64,000 bases of DNA, taken from an uncultured bacterium (GTDB lineage: Bacteria > Krumholzibacteriota > Krumholzibacteriia > LZORAL124-64-63). The notes below the pieces were generated by a model, which saw nothing but the letters and a program-made list of their open reading frames with translations, was not told where the DNA came from and ran no database searches. Positions within the stretch are counted from its first letter, which is position 1. Every line of letters begins with the position of its first letter. The DNA is taken from assembly GCA_963772145.1 (NCBI GenBank), contig CAVYVY010000007.1, forward strand, positions 26,942 to 90,941. The letters are read 5' to 3'. The translations under genes were made by a program, and so were the position numbers. Shown here piece after piece: positions 37,676 to 51,026 of this stretch.

Positions 37676-37701
37676 CCGGGGCCGCATCCACCGGAACGGG
37701 C

Positions 37702-37730
37702 GCGGGCGCCCTCCGGAAAAGGGCGCCCGC
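37702..37730. terminator. GC-rich hairpin between the convergent GT2 and AraC genes
   Basis: GCGGGCGCCC (37702-37711) / GGGCGCCCGC (37721-37730) with a 9-nt loop TCCGGAAAA. No clear U-tract. Confidence 0.35.
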
Positions 37731-37754
37731 CGGCAGGCCGTTTCGCGGCGAAGG

Positions 37755-38648
37755 TCACGCCACCGTCGACGGCGGCACCGGGTTCTTGCGGTACTTCAGC
37801 GGCGCAACACCGCAGCGGTCCTTGAAGGTGCGCGAAAAGTGCGCCAGACTGTGGAATCCGCACTCCTTCGAGATCGCCTCCACGGACAGGTCGAACCGGC
37901 GGAGCAGGCGCTTGGCGTTCTCGATCCGCACCTGGATGAGATAGTCGCTGAAGCTCATTTTCACTTCCGACCGGAACAGATTCGAGAAGTAACCGGGCGA
38001 GAGATGTACCCCCTCGGCCATGCGATCGCGGTTGATGTCTTCCCGGTAGTGCGCCAGCACGTAGCGGCAGGCGTACTCGGCGCGATAGTCCTGGATCGCG
38101 GCGGACGCGCCGGTCCGGCGCCCTGACTCGTCCTGCAGCTCGATTTCCGGCAGCGGACCGACCCAGAGTTTCTCCACCCCCGGCCGTGGCACGAGGCCCC
38201 CCTCCGGTTCGCCAGATTCCGTCGTTTCCGCGTCGTGCGTCGTCGCGACGGCCTCCTCCAGGGCAGAGGACTTCGAGAGGAACTCGATGACGTGCTGGGC
38301 GGTCTTGTGCAGGTTGGACTTCTGCGCCACGAGTACCGGCGTGTTTAGCCGGGCCTGATAGTGCGCCAAAATCTGACGCAGCGCCGGCGGCGTCTCCGCG
38401 GCATAGACGAAGATCAGGCGGGTCCCCGGCACGTCGGCCCAGTCCTCATCCCGCTGACACTGGCGCAGCAGGATCTTCGGGCCGAAAAGAGCGAAGCACA
38501 GTTCGGCCGGATTGCGCTCGGAGGCGGAGCAGAGGAACAGGATCTTCTGGTAGTCATCCCCGCCCTCGACCGCCACGCGCGGACAGGCCGGAAACTCGAT
38601 AATGAACGTACTCCAGGCCTCTTCGATCCTTTCCAGGCGTTCTTCCAC
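37755..38648 (-). CDS. AraC family transcriptional regulator
   Basis: ORF 37755..38648. C-terminal double HTH (LSPGYFSNLFRSEV..; ISKECGFHSLAHFSRTFKDRCGVAPLKYR). N-terminal domain unassigned. GC is lower than the flanks. Confidence 0.8.
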   Translation of the reverse strand: MEERLERIEEAWSTFIIEFPACPRVAVEGGDDYQKILFLCSASERNPAELCFALFGPKILLRQCQRDEDWADVPGTRLIFVYAAETPPALRQILAHYQARLNTPVLVAQKSNLHKTAQHVIEFLSKSSALEEAVATTHDAETTESGEPEGGLVPRPGVEKLWVGPLPEIELQDESGRRTGASAAIQDYRAEYACRYVLAHYREDINRDRMAEGVHLSPGYFSNLFRSEVKMSFSDYLIQVRIENAKRLLRRFDLSVEAISKECGFHSLAHFSRTFKDRCGVAPLKYRKNPVPPSTVA

Positions 38649-38738
38649 GTGCTATCCCCCCGAGACGAATGGTGTCCGGGTTGTGATTCTGCGGTGTCAT
38701 TCTTCCTATAAAAATATATCCGGGTCTGAACTTTTACC

Positions 38739-38768
38739 ATAATACGCTGTTTTGTGCCGGTTTGTCTA
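38739..38768 (-). promoter_or_regulatory. Candidate sigma-70-type promoter for the AraC gene
   Basis: Minus strand reads TAGACA (38768-38763), 18 nt, TATTAT (38744-38739), inside an AT-rich patch about 90 nt upstream of ATG 38648. Confidence 0.35.
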
Positions 38769-38928
38769 CGAAGAAAATGATGCTCGCCAAGAATCCCTGG
38801 TCTCGTTTTGGAACACTTTCACAACCCGCGCGCCACATTCGCGGCAAAGAAGCCGGGAATCTCTCAGCTGCCCGTGGCCGTGTGGTTTCCGCCGCGTTGC
38901 CGACCGGACGGCGCGCTTCACGGTCGCC

Positions 38929-41499
<2,571 letters not shown>

Positions 41500-41507
41500 C
41501 GGGCGCC

Positions 41508-43442
<1,935 letters not shown>

Positions 43443-43476
43443 GCGACCATCCTGTGCGTGTGGTGGCGGACCGGTG

Positions 43477-43853
43477 TCACCGGGCGGCGTCGCCGGCGCG
43501 GCGACGTGTCGACCGGTGGTGCCACCGGATCTCGCGCACCGAGCCCTCTCCGTGGAGCTCGTTGAACCGTTTCGCGATCAGCGGCAGCAGCAGCGTCAGC
43601 TCCTGCCGCCAGACGGCGTTGTCGGCCTCGAGCGTGAGCACCCCGTCGCTCAGGTCGACCGGACGCGAGAAACGGGCCACTCGTTCCCCGACGATCTCGG
43701 TCCAACTCTCCAGCAGCAGCCGCTCGTCGCGGCGACGGCTCAGGCCGGTGGTCTCGAGCAGGCGCGCCAGCACGTCGCCGACGCGCTCCGCGGGGCCGCG
43801 GCGGGCGCGGGCCTGACCCTGGTCGTTGCCGCGCTCGTGCCGCCGCCGTTCAT
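43477..43853 (-). CDS. dciA: DUF721 / DciA-like protein, one frame break
   Basis: ORF 43477..43773 (VGDVLARLLETTGL..VLTLEADNAVWRQELTLL..IAKRFNE). The ATG at 43853 overlaps the recF stop (ATGA) but is in another frame. It occupies the classical recF-DUF721-gyrB position. Confidence 0.65.
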
Positions 43854-44995
43854 GCCTCTCCCGCCTCCACGCGCCCGGCGTTGATCTCCCAGGTGCGCAG
43901 GCCGCCCGGTCGCCATCCCGCCACGTCGTCCGCGCGGGCCGTGGCGATCATCAGCTGGTGATCGGCGGCGCACCGTTCCTGAAGGCGGCGGGCGCGCCCC
44001 TTGTCCAGCTCGCTGAACACGTCGTCGAAAAAGAGAACAGGACGGACATGCCTCTGCTGGAAAATGAGCTCCCCGTGGGCGAGCTTGAGCGCCAGCGCGG
44101 CGCTGCGCATCTCCCCGCGGGAGCCGAAGCCCCGCAGACCGACCCCGCCGAGGAGCAGTTCGAAATCGTCCAGATGCGGGCCGGCCAGCGGCCGGCCCCG
44201 CCGGATTTCATCCTCCCCAATATAGTCAATTTCCGCCAGAATTTCCCGGGCCAAATCGCTCTTTTCCCCGTCGTCGCCACGGCAGGCGGCCAGGCGGGGA
44301 CGGTACCGGAAAGCCAGCGGCGCGCTCGTCGGATCGAGCTCGGCGTAGGCCGTCGCCGCCAGCGGTTCGAGGCGGCGCGCCCAGACCGCGCGGGCGGCGC
44401 AGAGCGGGGCCGCGTGTCGCGCCAGTTCGCGGTTCCAGGCGGCGAGTTCCTCCCGCGCGATCGCCGCCGCCCGCGCGCCGCCGCGGCGCAGGTCGCGCAG
44501 CAGGCTCCCCTTCTGGCGCAGGGCGCGGTGGTAGGCCTGCAGCTGTTCGAGGTAGGGCCGGTCGAGCGAGGAGATCGCCTGGTCGGCGAAGCGGCGGCGC
44601 GGCTCGGGGCCGTCCGCGGCCAGCGATACGGTGGCGGGATCGAACAGGACCGTGGCGACCTGACCGACCAGATCGGCGCGGCGCTCGATCGCCACCCCGT
44701 CGAACTGCAGCCGGCGCTCGCCCCCGCGCCCCAGGGCGCAGGTGAACGCCCGCCGGGTGCCCGAATCCTCTTCGAGGGCCAGGCTGATCCGCGCCCGCGC
44801 CGCGCCGAAGCGGAGCAGGTCGTCGTCGCGGGCGCCACGGTGGGAGCGGCCGAGGGCGACGTAGTCGAGCGCCTCGAGGAGATTCGACTTGCCCTGCCCG
44901 TTGGCGCCAAGGAAGACGTTCACGCCGGGCGAGAAGACGAGGCGCGTCGCCGCCAGATTGCGAAAGTCGTCGACCCCCGCCTCGAGCAGCCGCAT
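43850..44995 (-). CDS. recF: DNA replication/repair protein RecF, intact
   Basis: ORF 43850..44995; FRNL..VNVFLGANGQGKSNLLEAL, FGSRGEMRSAALALKLA, VLFFDDVFSELD. Confidence 0.9.
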   Translation of the reverse strand: MRLLEAGVDDFRNLAATRLVFSPGVNVFLGANGQGKSNLLEALDYVALGRSHRGARDDDLLRFGAARARISLALEEDSGTRRAFTCALGRGGERRLQFDGVAIERRADLVGQVATVLFDPATVSLAADGPEPRRRFADQAISSLDRPYLEQLQAYHRALRQKGSLLRDLRRGGARAAAIAREELAAWNRELARHAAPLCAARAVWARRLEPLAATAYAELDPTSAPLAFRYRPRLAACRGDDGEKSDLAREILAEIDYIGEDEIRRGRPLAGPHLDDFELLLGGVGLRGFGSRGEMRSAALALKLAHGELIFQQRHVRPVLFFDDVFSELDKGRARRLQERCAADHQLMIATARADDVAGWRPGGLRTWEINAGRVEAGEA

Positions 44996-45004
44996 GCCGC
45001 CCGC

Positions 45005-46129
45005 TCAGTCCGCGGCGAGGCGCAGGGGCATCAGCAGGCAGAGCAGGTCCTCGTCCCCCGCGCTCTTGTCGCCCGGCGCCGGGCGCAGCAGGGCCGCGCT
45101 CTGCGCATCCTTCACGGCCAGTTCGAGCGTCTCGGCGCGCAGATTCTTCAGCACGTCGAGCAGGTAGTTGAAGTTGAAGCCTATCTCCAGCGCCTCCCCC
45201 TCGTAGCCGACGGGGATCTGGTCCTCGGCCCGGCTGCCGTCGCTGCCCACGGCGGTCAACTCCATCCGCCCCGACTCGATGCCGAGTCGGATCTGGTTCG
45301 TGAGACGGTCGGCCGTGATCGAGACGCGTCGCACCGCCTGGGCGAACGCCTCGCGGTCGATGGTGACGATGCGGTTGTTCGCCTTCGGAATGACCGCCTC
45401 GTAGTCGGGAAACGGTCCTTCGAGCAGGCGGGTGTGCAACACCGTGGTGCCGACCTGGAAGCTGAGCTGGTTCGCCCCGAGGAAGATGCGCAGCGTGCCC
45501 TGCCCCTCGGCAAGACGCGCCAGCTGGAGCAGCCCCTGCGTGTCGGCGATGAAAACCCGCTCTTCCTTGACGCCGAGCTTCACCTTGCGCTCCACCCGCG
45601 CCAGACGATGTGCGTCCGTGGCGACGAGGCGCAGCGAACCGGGCCGGACTTCCCACAGGATGCCGAGCAACGGCGGGCGGGTTTCATCGCGGGAAACGGA
45701 GTAGGCGGTCGAGCGGATCATGCTGGCCAGTGCGTCGGCCGGCATCTCGACCCCCTGATCCTGGCCGAGGGCCGGCAGGGCGGGAAATTCGTCGGCGTTC
45801 ATGACGGGCTCTTCGAGCGCCGAGCGCCCGCTTACCACGGAGATGCGGCCGCTCTTCTCCTCTATGGTGACCTCGCCCGGCGACAGGGTGCGCGCAAAAG
45901 CCACGAACTTGGCCGCCGGCACGGCCACCCTCCCCTTGCGCTTGACCGTGACTTTGTCCGTGAAGGTGGACGCGGAGATGTCGAGATTGGTGGCCGAAAG
46001 CTCGATCCCCCCCTCCCGCGCCTCGAGCAGGATGCAGGCAAGGATCGGCAGCGTGGTCTTTCCCGGCACGATGCCGCCGACAACGTTCAGGGCCTTCAAG
46101 AGGTCTTCCTGCTGCAGCGTGATCTTCAC
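45005..46129 (-). CDS. dnaN: DNA polymerase III beta sliding clamp, intact
   Basis: ORF 45005..46129; MKITLQQEDLLKALNVVGGIV..TLPILACILLEA. Three-domain length (374 aa). Confidence 0.9.
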   Translation of the reverse strand: MKITLQQEDLLKALNVVGGIVPGKTTLPILACILLEAREGGIELSATNLDISASTFTDKVTVKRKGRVAVPAAKFVAFARTLSPGEVTIEEKSGRISVVSGRSALEEPVMNADEFPALPALGQDQGVEMPADALASMIRSTAYSVSRDETRPPLLGILWEVRPGSLRLVATDAHRLARVERKVKLGVKEERVFIADTQGLLQLARLAEGQGTLRIFLGANQLSFQVGTTVLHTRLLEGPFPDYEAVIPKANNRIVTIDREAFAQAVRRVSITADRLTNQIRLGIESGRMELTAVGSDGSRAEDQIPVGYEGEALEIGFNFNYLLDVLKNLRAETLELAVKDAQSAALLRPAPGDKSAGDEDLLCLLMPLRLAAD

Positions 46130-46200
46130 GTCAAGAGCCTCCGGTCGAATGCGGCCGCACGCGTGGGGTGGGGCGCAATGATAGGCGCGCTCCCCTCCCC

Positions 46201-46423
46201 CTTCAAGATTCTATTTAAGAAGTGTAGTCGTAGTAGTAGTAGGGGGTGTGGACAGCGGGGATAAAAGCCCGGCCAGGCCCCGGAGAAGTGCAGAAAAGCC
46301 GGTTTCAGGGGCAGTCCGCCCTGGGGACGCAACGGTGCGGAAACGGGTGCGGGACCCGTGGACAAGCAGGCCGGTTGTCCACAGGGAGACCCCTGTCCCC
46401 GGTTGATCCACAGGCTGTCCACC
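46201..46423. promoter_or_regulatory. oriC element in the dnaA-dnaN spacer: AT-rich stretch, (TAG)n trio array, GC cluster, DnaA boxes
   Basis: AT-rich 46201-46224. TAG TCG TAG TAG TAG TAG at 46225-46242. GGGG at 46243-46246. Boxes TGTGGACAG (46247-55), CGTGGACAA (46357-65), TTGTCCACA (46375-83), TGATCCACA (46404-12), CTGTCCACC (46415-23). Confidence 0.7.
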
Positions 46424-46534
46424 GGCTTGCGCACCGCGTTGACCTCGGCGGACCGGGTGGGGCGAAGAGCTGCGCGACGGCGGCGACGACCCCCGCGGGA
46501 TCGCCGCCGCTGCGGTAATATTACACGGGAGGGA

Positions 46535-47917
46535 TCACAGCGCGGCGAGCAGGTCCTTGAGCTTGCCGCGGAACAGCGGATCCTGCGCGCTCAGCGCGGC
46601 CACTTTCTGGCAGGCGTGCAGGACCGTGGTGTGATCACGGTTGCCGAACGACTTGCCGATCATATTGAGGGAGGCGCCGACCTTTTCGCGGGCGATGAAC
46701 ATCGCCACCTGTCGGGCGAGGGCCAAGTCCTGGGTGCGCTTTTTGGACTTGAGCTGATCGACGGTGACGTGAAGACGCTCTGCGACGAGCCCCATCACGT
46801 CGGCTATCGTCACGGTCCTCGCCGGAGCAGCCTGGAAAAAGGAGGAGAGAGCTTCCGAGGCCATTTCCAGACTGATCTCGTGACCCGTCAGGCTGGCGAA
46901 AGCCAGCAATTTGATCAGCGCCCCCTCAAGCTTGCGGATGTTGGTTGTGATGTTCTCGGCGACGAACTGGATGACGTCGTCCGAGATGTAGATGTTGTTG
47001 GCTTCGACCTTCTTCTTGAGGATCGCGATGCGCGTCTCGAGGTCGGGAGCCTGGATGTCGGCGATGAGCCCCCACTCGAAGCGCGACCGCAGCCGCTCCT
47101 CGAGGGTGGTGATCTCCTTCGGGGAGCGGTCCGAGGTGAGGACGATCTGCTTGTTCTCGTTGTGCAGGGCGTTGAACGTGTGGAAGAACTCCTCCTGGGT
47201 CGACTCCTTGCCGGCCAGGAAGGCCACGTCGTCCACCAGGAGCACGTCCACCCCGCGGTAGTCGCGCTTGAAGTCGTAGGTGCGGTTCTGCTGGATGGAG
47301 CGGATCAGGTCGTTCATGAACTGTTCCGCCGTCACGTAGCAGACCCGGCGGCCAGGAGAGGTCGCGAGCACGGCGTTGCCGATGGCGTGCATCAGGTGGG
47401 TCTTGCCAAGGCCGACGCCGCCGTGGATGAAAAGCGGATTGTAGCTCCCGCCCAGATTGCGGCTCACCGCGATCGAGGCCGCATGCGCCAGCTTCGAGCC
47501 GGAGCCGACCACGAAACTGTCGAACGTGTACTCGGGATTGAGCTTGTGGCGCGAGCGCCCGGGCGGCGGGGCGAGGGCGCCGGCCAGCAGGGCGTCGGCA
47601 TCGGCCGACTCGCGGCCGGCCGCGGGGCGGGCGGCCAGCAGCTCCCGCCGGGCGCCGGCCTGCGCCGGGTCCACGGTGAGGCGGCAAATCGAGGCGCGCC
47701 CGAAGTGCTCGCTGGCGGCGGTGTTCAGGGCGTTCACGTGGTGCTCGCTGAACCAGTCCATGAAAAAGTGGTCCGGGCAGAACACCTCGATGTCGCTGTC
47801 GGTCCAGAGACCGGGACGCAGCGGCAGAAACCAGGTTTCGAAGGTCTGCTGGGAAACCCGCGGCCGGACGCCGTCGAGAATGTCGTTCCAGTAGGCGTTC
47901 AGGGGGGCGGCATCCAT
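46535..47917 (-). CDS. dnaA: Chromosomal replication initiator DnaA, intact
   Basis: ORF 46535..47917; NPLFIHGGVGLGKTHLMHAIG, VDVLLVDDVAFL, C-terminal DNA-binding KKRTQDLALARQVAMFIARE..GNRDHTTVLHA. Confidence 0.95.
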   Translation of the reverse strand: MDAAPLNAYWNDILDGVRPRVSQQTFETWFLPLRPGLWTDSDIEVFCPDHFFMDWFSEHHVNALNTAASEHFGRASICRLTVDPAQAGARRELLAARPAAGRESADADALLAGALAPPPGRSRHKLNPEYTFDSFVVGSGSKLAHAASIAVSRNLGGSYNPLFIHGGVGLGKTHLMHAIGNAVLATSPGRRVCYVTAEQFMNDLIRSIQQNRTYDFKRDYRGVDVLLVDDVAFLAGKESTQEEFFHTFNALHNENKQIVLTSDRSPKEITTLEERLRSRFEWGLIADIQAPDLETRIAILKKKVEANNIYISDDVIQFVAENITTNIRKLEGALIKLLAFASLTGHEISLEMASEALSSFFQAAPARTVTIADVMGLVAERLHVTVDQLKSKKRTQDLALARQVAMFIAREKVGASLNMIGKSFGNRDHTTVLHACQKVAALSAQDPLFRGKLKDLLAAL

Positions 47918-47968
47918 GGGTCCCGATCAGCTTTCTTTCCGCGGCCCGGGGGCCAGGAAGGAAACAGG

Positions 47969-48079
47969 TTGTCCACAGCCCAACAAAACCACCCAAAACA
48001 CACAAAAACAACAACATGCGCCAAAAAAACACAACCACAACACAGCACTTGTCCACCGCGCCGAGCGCCCAGTGGATAA
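47969..48079. promoter_or_regulatory. Second DnaA-box cluster plus A/C-only tract in the dnaA-rpmH spacer
   Basis: TTGTCCACA (47969-77), TTGTCCACC (48049-57), AGTGGATAA (48071-79). Positions 47979-48047 are almost exclusively A and C on the plus strand. Confidence 0.6.
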
Positions 48080-48416
48080 GCCGCGGCGACGGCCGCGGCG
48101 TTTTCAACACCGGGGGCGAAACCTATCATGGGCCTCCGGATCCGGCAAGGGCTTTCTCCGCCCGGGGGCTTCAAATCGGGCAGGCTCTTGTCCGGCAATC
48201 GATTAATGCCCCGCCGCTCGTCGGGCCGCCAACCCCGCCGGAACGCCCGTCATCGACCCGGATCCGGAGCCGCTTGTCGTATCGGAGGTTGCGGGACCGG
48301 GGTCTGGTCGGTCGTCGGCAGGGGCGGCCGGACCGGGCCCGGAGACAGCCAGGCCTTGACAGCCCCGGGTGGTTTCGCTACTGTTTCCCGCTTCTGGTCC
48401 CGTTAAGGAGGATTTC

Positions 48417-48551
48417 GTGAAGCGCACTTACCAGCCGAGCAATATCTGCCGGGCCCGGACGCACGGGTTCCGCAAGCGCATGTCGACGCGCGCCGGGCGT
48501 CTGGTGCTCAAGCGCCGCCGCGCCAAGGGTCGCAAGCGTCTCAGCGTCTGA
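48417..48551 (+). CDS. rpmH: 50S ribosomal protein L34
   Basis: GTG 48417 after AAGGAGG; [43 protein letters not shown]. Confidence 0.9.
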   Translation: MKRTYQPSNICRARTHGFRKRMSTRAGRLVLKRRRAKGRKRLSV

Positions 48552-48567
48552 TGCAGGCGCGCCGCGC

Positions 48568-48918
48568 GTGACGCGTTCGCTCCGCACGACACGGGAATTC
48601 GCGAAGGTCTACGCGGAGGGCGACAAGCGCGTCGGGCGTCTGCTTGTTCTGTATCTGCTGGCGGCCGAAGACGACGCACGGGGCGTCGTGGCGAGCCGCA
48701 AGGTCGGCAAAGCGGTCCAGCGCAACCGCGCGAAACGACTGCTGCGTGAAGCGCTGCGGAGCGGCGCGGTGGAGGCCTGCCTCGCGGCGCGCGCGCGCCG
48801 ACCGGACAATCCCGGATGCTGGATCGTCCTGGTCGCGCGGCGCGACATCCTGTCCGCCGGTATTCACGATGTCTGCGGCGAACTCGATCGTCTGCTGTCG
48901 CGCCTAACGAACCCCTGA
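48568..48918 (+). CDS. rnpA: RNase P protein component
   Basis: ORF 48568..48918; [25 protein letters not shown]. Located directly after rpmH. Confidence 0.85.
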   Translation: MTRSLRTTREFAKVYAEGDKRVGRLLVLYLLAAEDDARGVVASRKVGKAVQRNRAKRLLREALRSGAVEACLAARARRPDNPGCWIVLVARRDILSAGIHDVCGELDRLLSRLTNP

Positions 48919-48982
48919 CCCGGCGCCGGTGGTGCCGGGCGAGTCGTCTTTCCCCCAGGCATCGCGGAGTTGCGGACCGGAC

Positions 48983-49249
48983 ATGTGGCGCTTCCCCTAC
49001 TTTCTCATCTCGCTCTACCGCCGCGCCCTGTCGCCCCTGCTGCCCCGTTCCTGCCGCTTTTCGCCCAGCTGTTCCGCTTACGCCGCAGAGGCTCTGCGCA
49101 CCCACGGATTGCTGCGCGGCGGCTGGCTCGCGGCGCGGCGGCTGTTGCGGTGCCATCCCTGGCACGCAGGGGGCCACGATCCCGTTCCGCCGCCGGCGGC
49201 CGCGCTCGTGCGGTCGCCCTCCCCCACCGGAGAGAGGTCGCATGGATAG
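48983..49249 (+). CDS. yidD: Membrane protein insertion efficiency factor YidD
   Basis: ATG 48983 in ORF 48929..49249; [53 protein letters not shown]. Confidence 0.85.
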   Translation: MWRFPYFLISLYRRALSPLLPRSCRFSPSCSAYAAEALRTHGLLRGGWLAARRLLRCHPWHAGGHDPVPPPAAALVRSPSPTGERSHG

Positions 49250-51026
49250 GCGCACGCTGTTGGCCTTCGTCCTGAGCTTCATCGTCCTGGTCGGATTCGC
49301 GGCGTTGACGAGCCGGCTGTCCGGGCCGCGCCCGGTGGCGTTGCCGGAGCCCACGCCCGCGGCGACCGCCCCGGCCGACTCGGTCGATGCCGCCGGCGCC
49401 GCCGTCGCGGCGAGTCCCGCGGCGCCGCGGCGACCGCGCCGCTGGCGCCGCCGGGCTGCCTCGCTGCCGACTCGGCGACCCGCTGCGGTTCGCGCCGGCC
49501 GCCGGCGCGCCGCTGCACGTGGCGACCGATCTCTATGAGTTGACGATCGACCCGCTCGGCGCCCGGCTGACGAGCTGGCGCAGCCTGCGCTTCAAGAGCC
49601 CCGCGGGCGGTCCGGTCGAGCTGGTCCCGGCCGACGCCCCCGCCCCCGGCCCGGGCCAGGGCGACGCCGCCGTGTTCGAGCGCGCCACGCTCGATCTTTC
49701 CGCGGCGCCGTATCGTGTCGCGACGCCGGCCCCGAGTTGCGGCTCGCCGCCGGCGACCCCCCGCGCAGCGTCACCTTCACGGCGCGCACCGAGGGCGGAA
49801 TCGAGGTCCGCAAGACCTACACCTTCCAGCCCGGGCGGTACGACTTCGCGGTCGATCTCGACGTGACCGGCAGCGGACCGGCCCGCGCGCTGGTCGGCGA
49901 GCCGGTGCGCGCGCGCTTCGCCTGGACGGCCGGCATCGCCAGCACGGAGCGCAACCGCAAGCTCGAGGACATGGCGTTCCGCGCCTTCGCCATGGTCGGC
50001 GAGGAGATCCAGTTCAAGGCGCGGCGCAGTCTCGGGCAAGGACGCGGAGAAGGCGCGGGCCACCTTCGAGGGGTCGATCCGCTTCGCCGGGGTGCAGAAC
50101 AAGTACTTCCTGATCGCCGGTTTCGCGGCGGACGGACGGGAGCGGCCGGTCGCCGGGATGGCGCATCTCGACGGCATCGCCGGAGCGGGGCCAGCAGACC
50201 TGGTGGGTGGAGCGCCCGCTGACGCTGCGGCCGGCGGAGGCCGCCGGCGCGCGGCTGTCGTTCTACCTCGGGCCGACGCAGTACGACCTGCTGAAGTCGT
50301 ACAAGGTCGGGCTGGAGAAGAGCGTCGATCTGGGCTGGAAGATCTTCCACCCGCTGGCGGCGCTCACGCTCGGCTTCATGAACTGGCTCTACCGCTGGCT
50401 GCCGAACTACGGCCTCATCATCATCCTGTTGTCGGTGCTGACCAAGGTGGCGTTCTACCCGCTCACCGTCAGCAGCACCCGCTCCATGAAGCGCATGCAG
50501 GAGGTGCAGCCGAAGATGAAGGCGCTTCAGGAGAAGTACAAAGGCAACCAGGAGAAGCTCAGCCAGGAGATGATGAAGCTGTACAAGGAGGAGAAGATCA
50601 ACCCGATGGGCGGGTGCCTCCCGATGCTGCTGCAGATGCCGGTCTTCGTGGCGCTCTACCAGGTGCTGCGCGGCGACATCGCGCTGCGGCAGGCGCCGTT
50701 CGTGGGGTGGATCAACGACCTCGGCCAGCCCGACGCGCTGTTCCACCTGCCGTTCGGCCTGCCGTTCTTCGGCAACGAGTTCAATCTGCTGCCGACTCCT
50801 GATGGCCGGCTCCACCTACTGGCAGGTGAAGATCACCCCGTCCGCGCCGGCCGGCGGCGCGTCGATGGCGATGATGAACAAGCTGATGCCGGTGATGATG
50901 CTCGTCTTCTTCTACAGCTTTCCTTCCGGTCTGGTGCTCTACTGGCTCGTCAACAATCTGCTGACGATCTACCAGACCTGGAGGATCCACGTGACCACGC
51001 CCGTTCGCGGAGGTGCCCAGGCATGA
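49242..51026 (+). CDS. yidC: Membrane protein insertase YidC, about five frame breaks
   Basis: [19 protein letters not shown] (ATG 49242), [30 protein letters not shown], the core [57 protein letters not shown], and the tail [30 protein letters not shown]. All are in different listed ORFs. Confidence 0.9.

Noticed and set aside
46224-46242. The (GTA/TAG)n run as a simple microsatellite.
   Set aside because: I reinterpreted it. Its register (TAG trinucleotides), the adjacent GGGG cluster and the abutting DnaA box fit a DnaA-trio array, so it is reported as an origin element instead.
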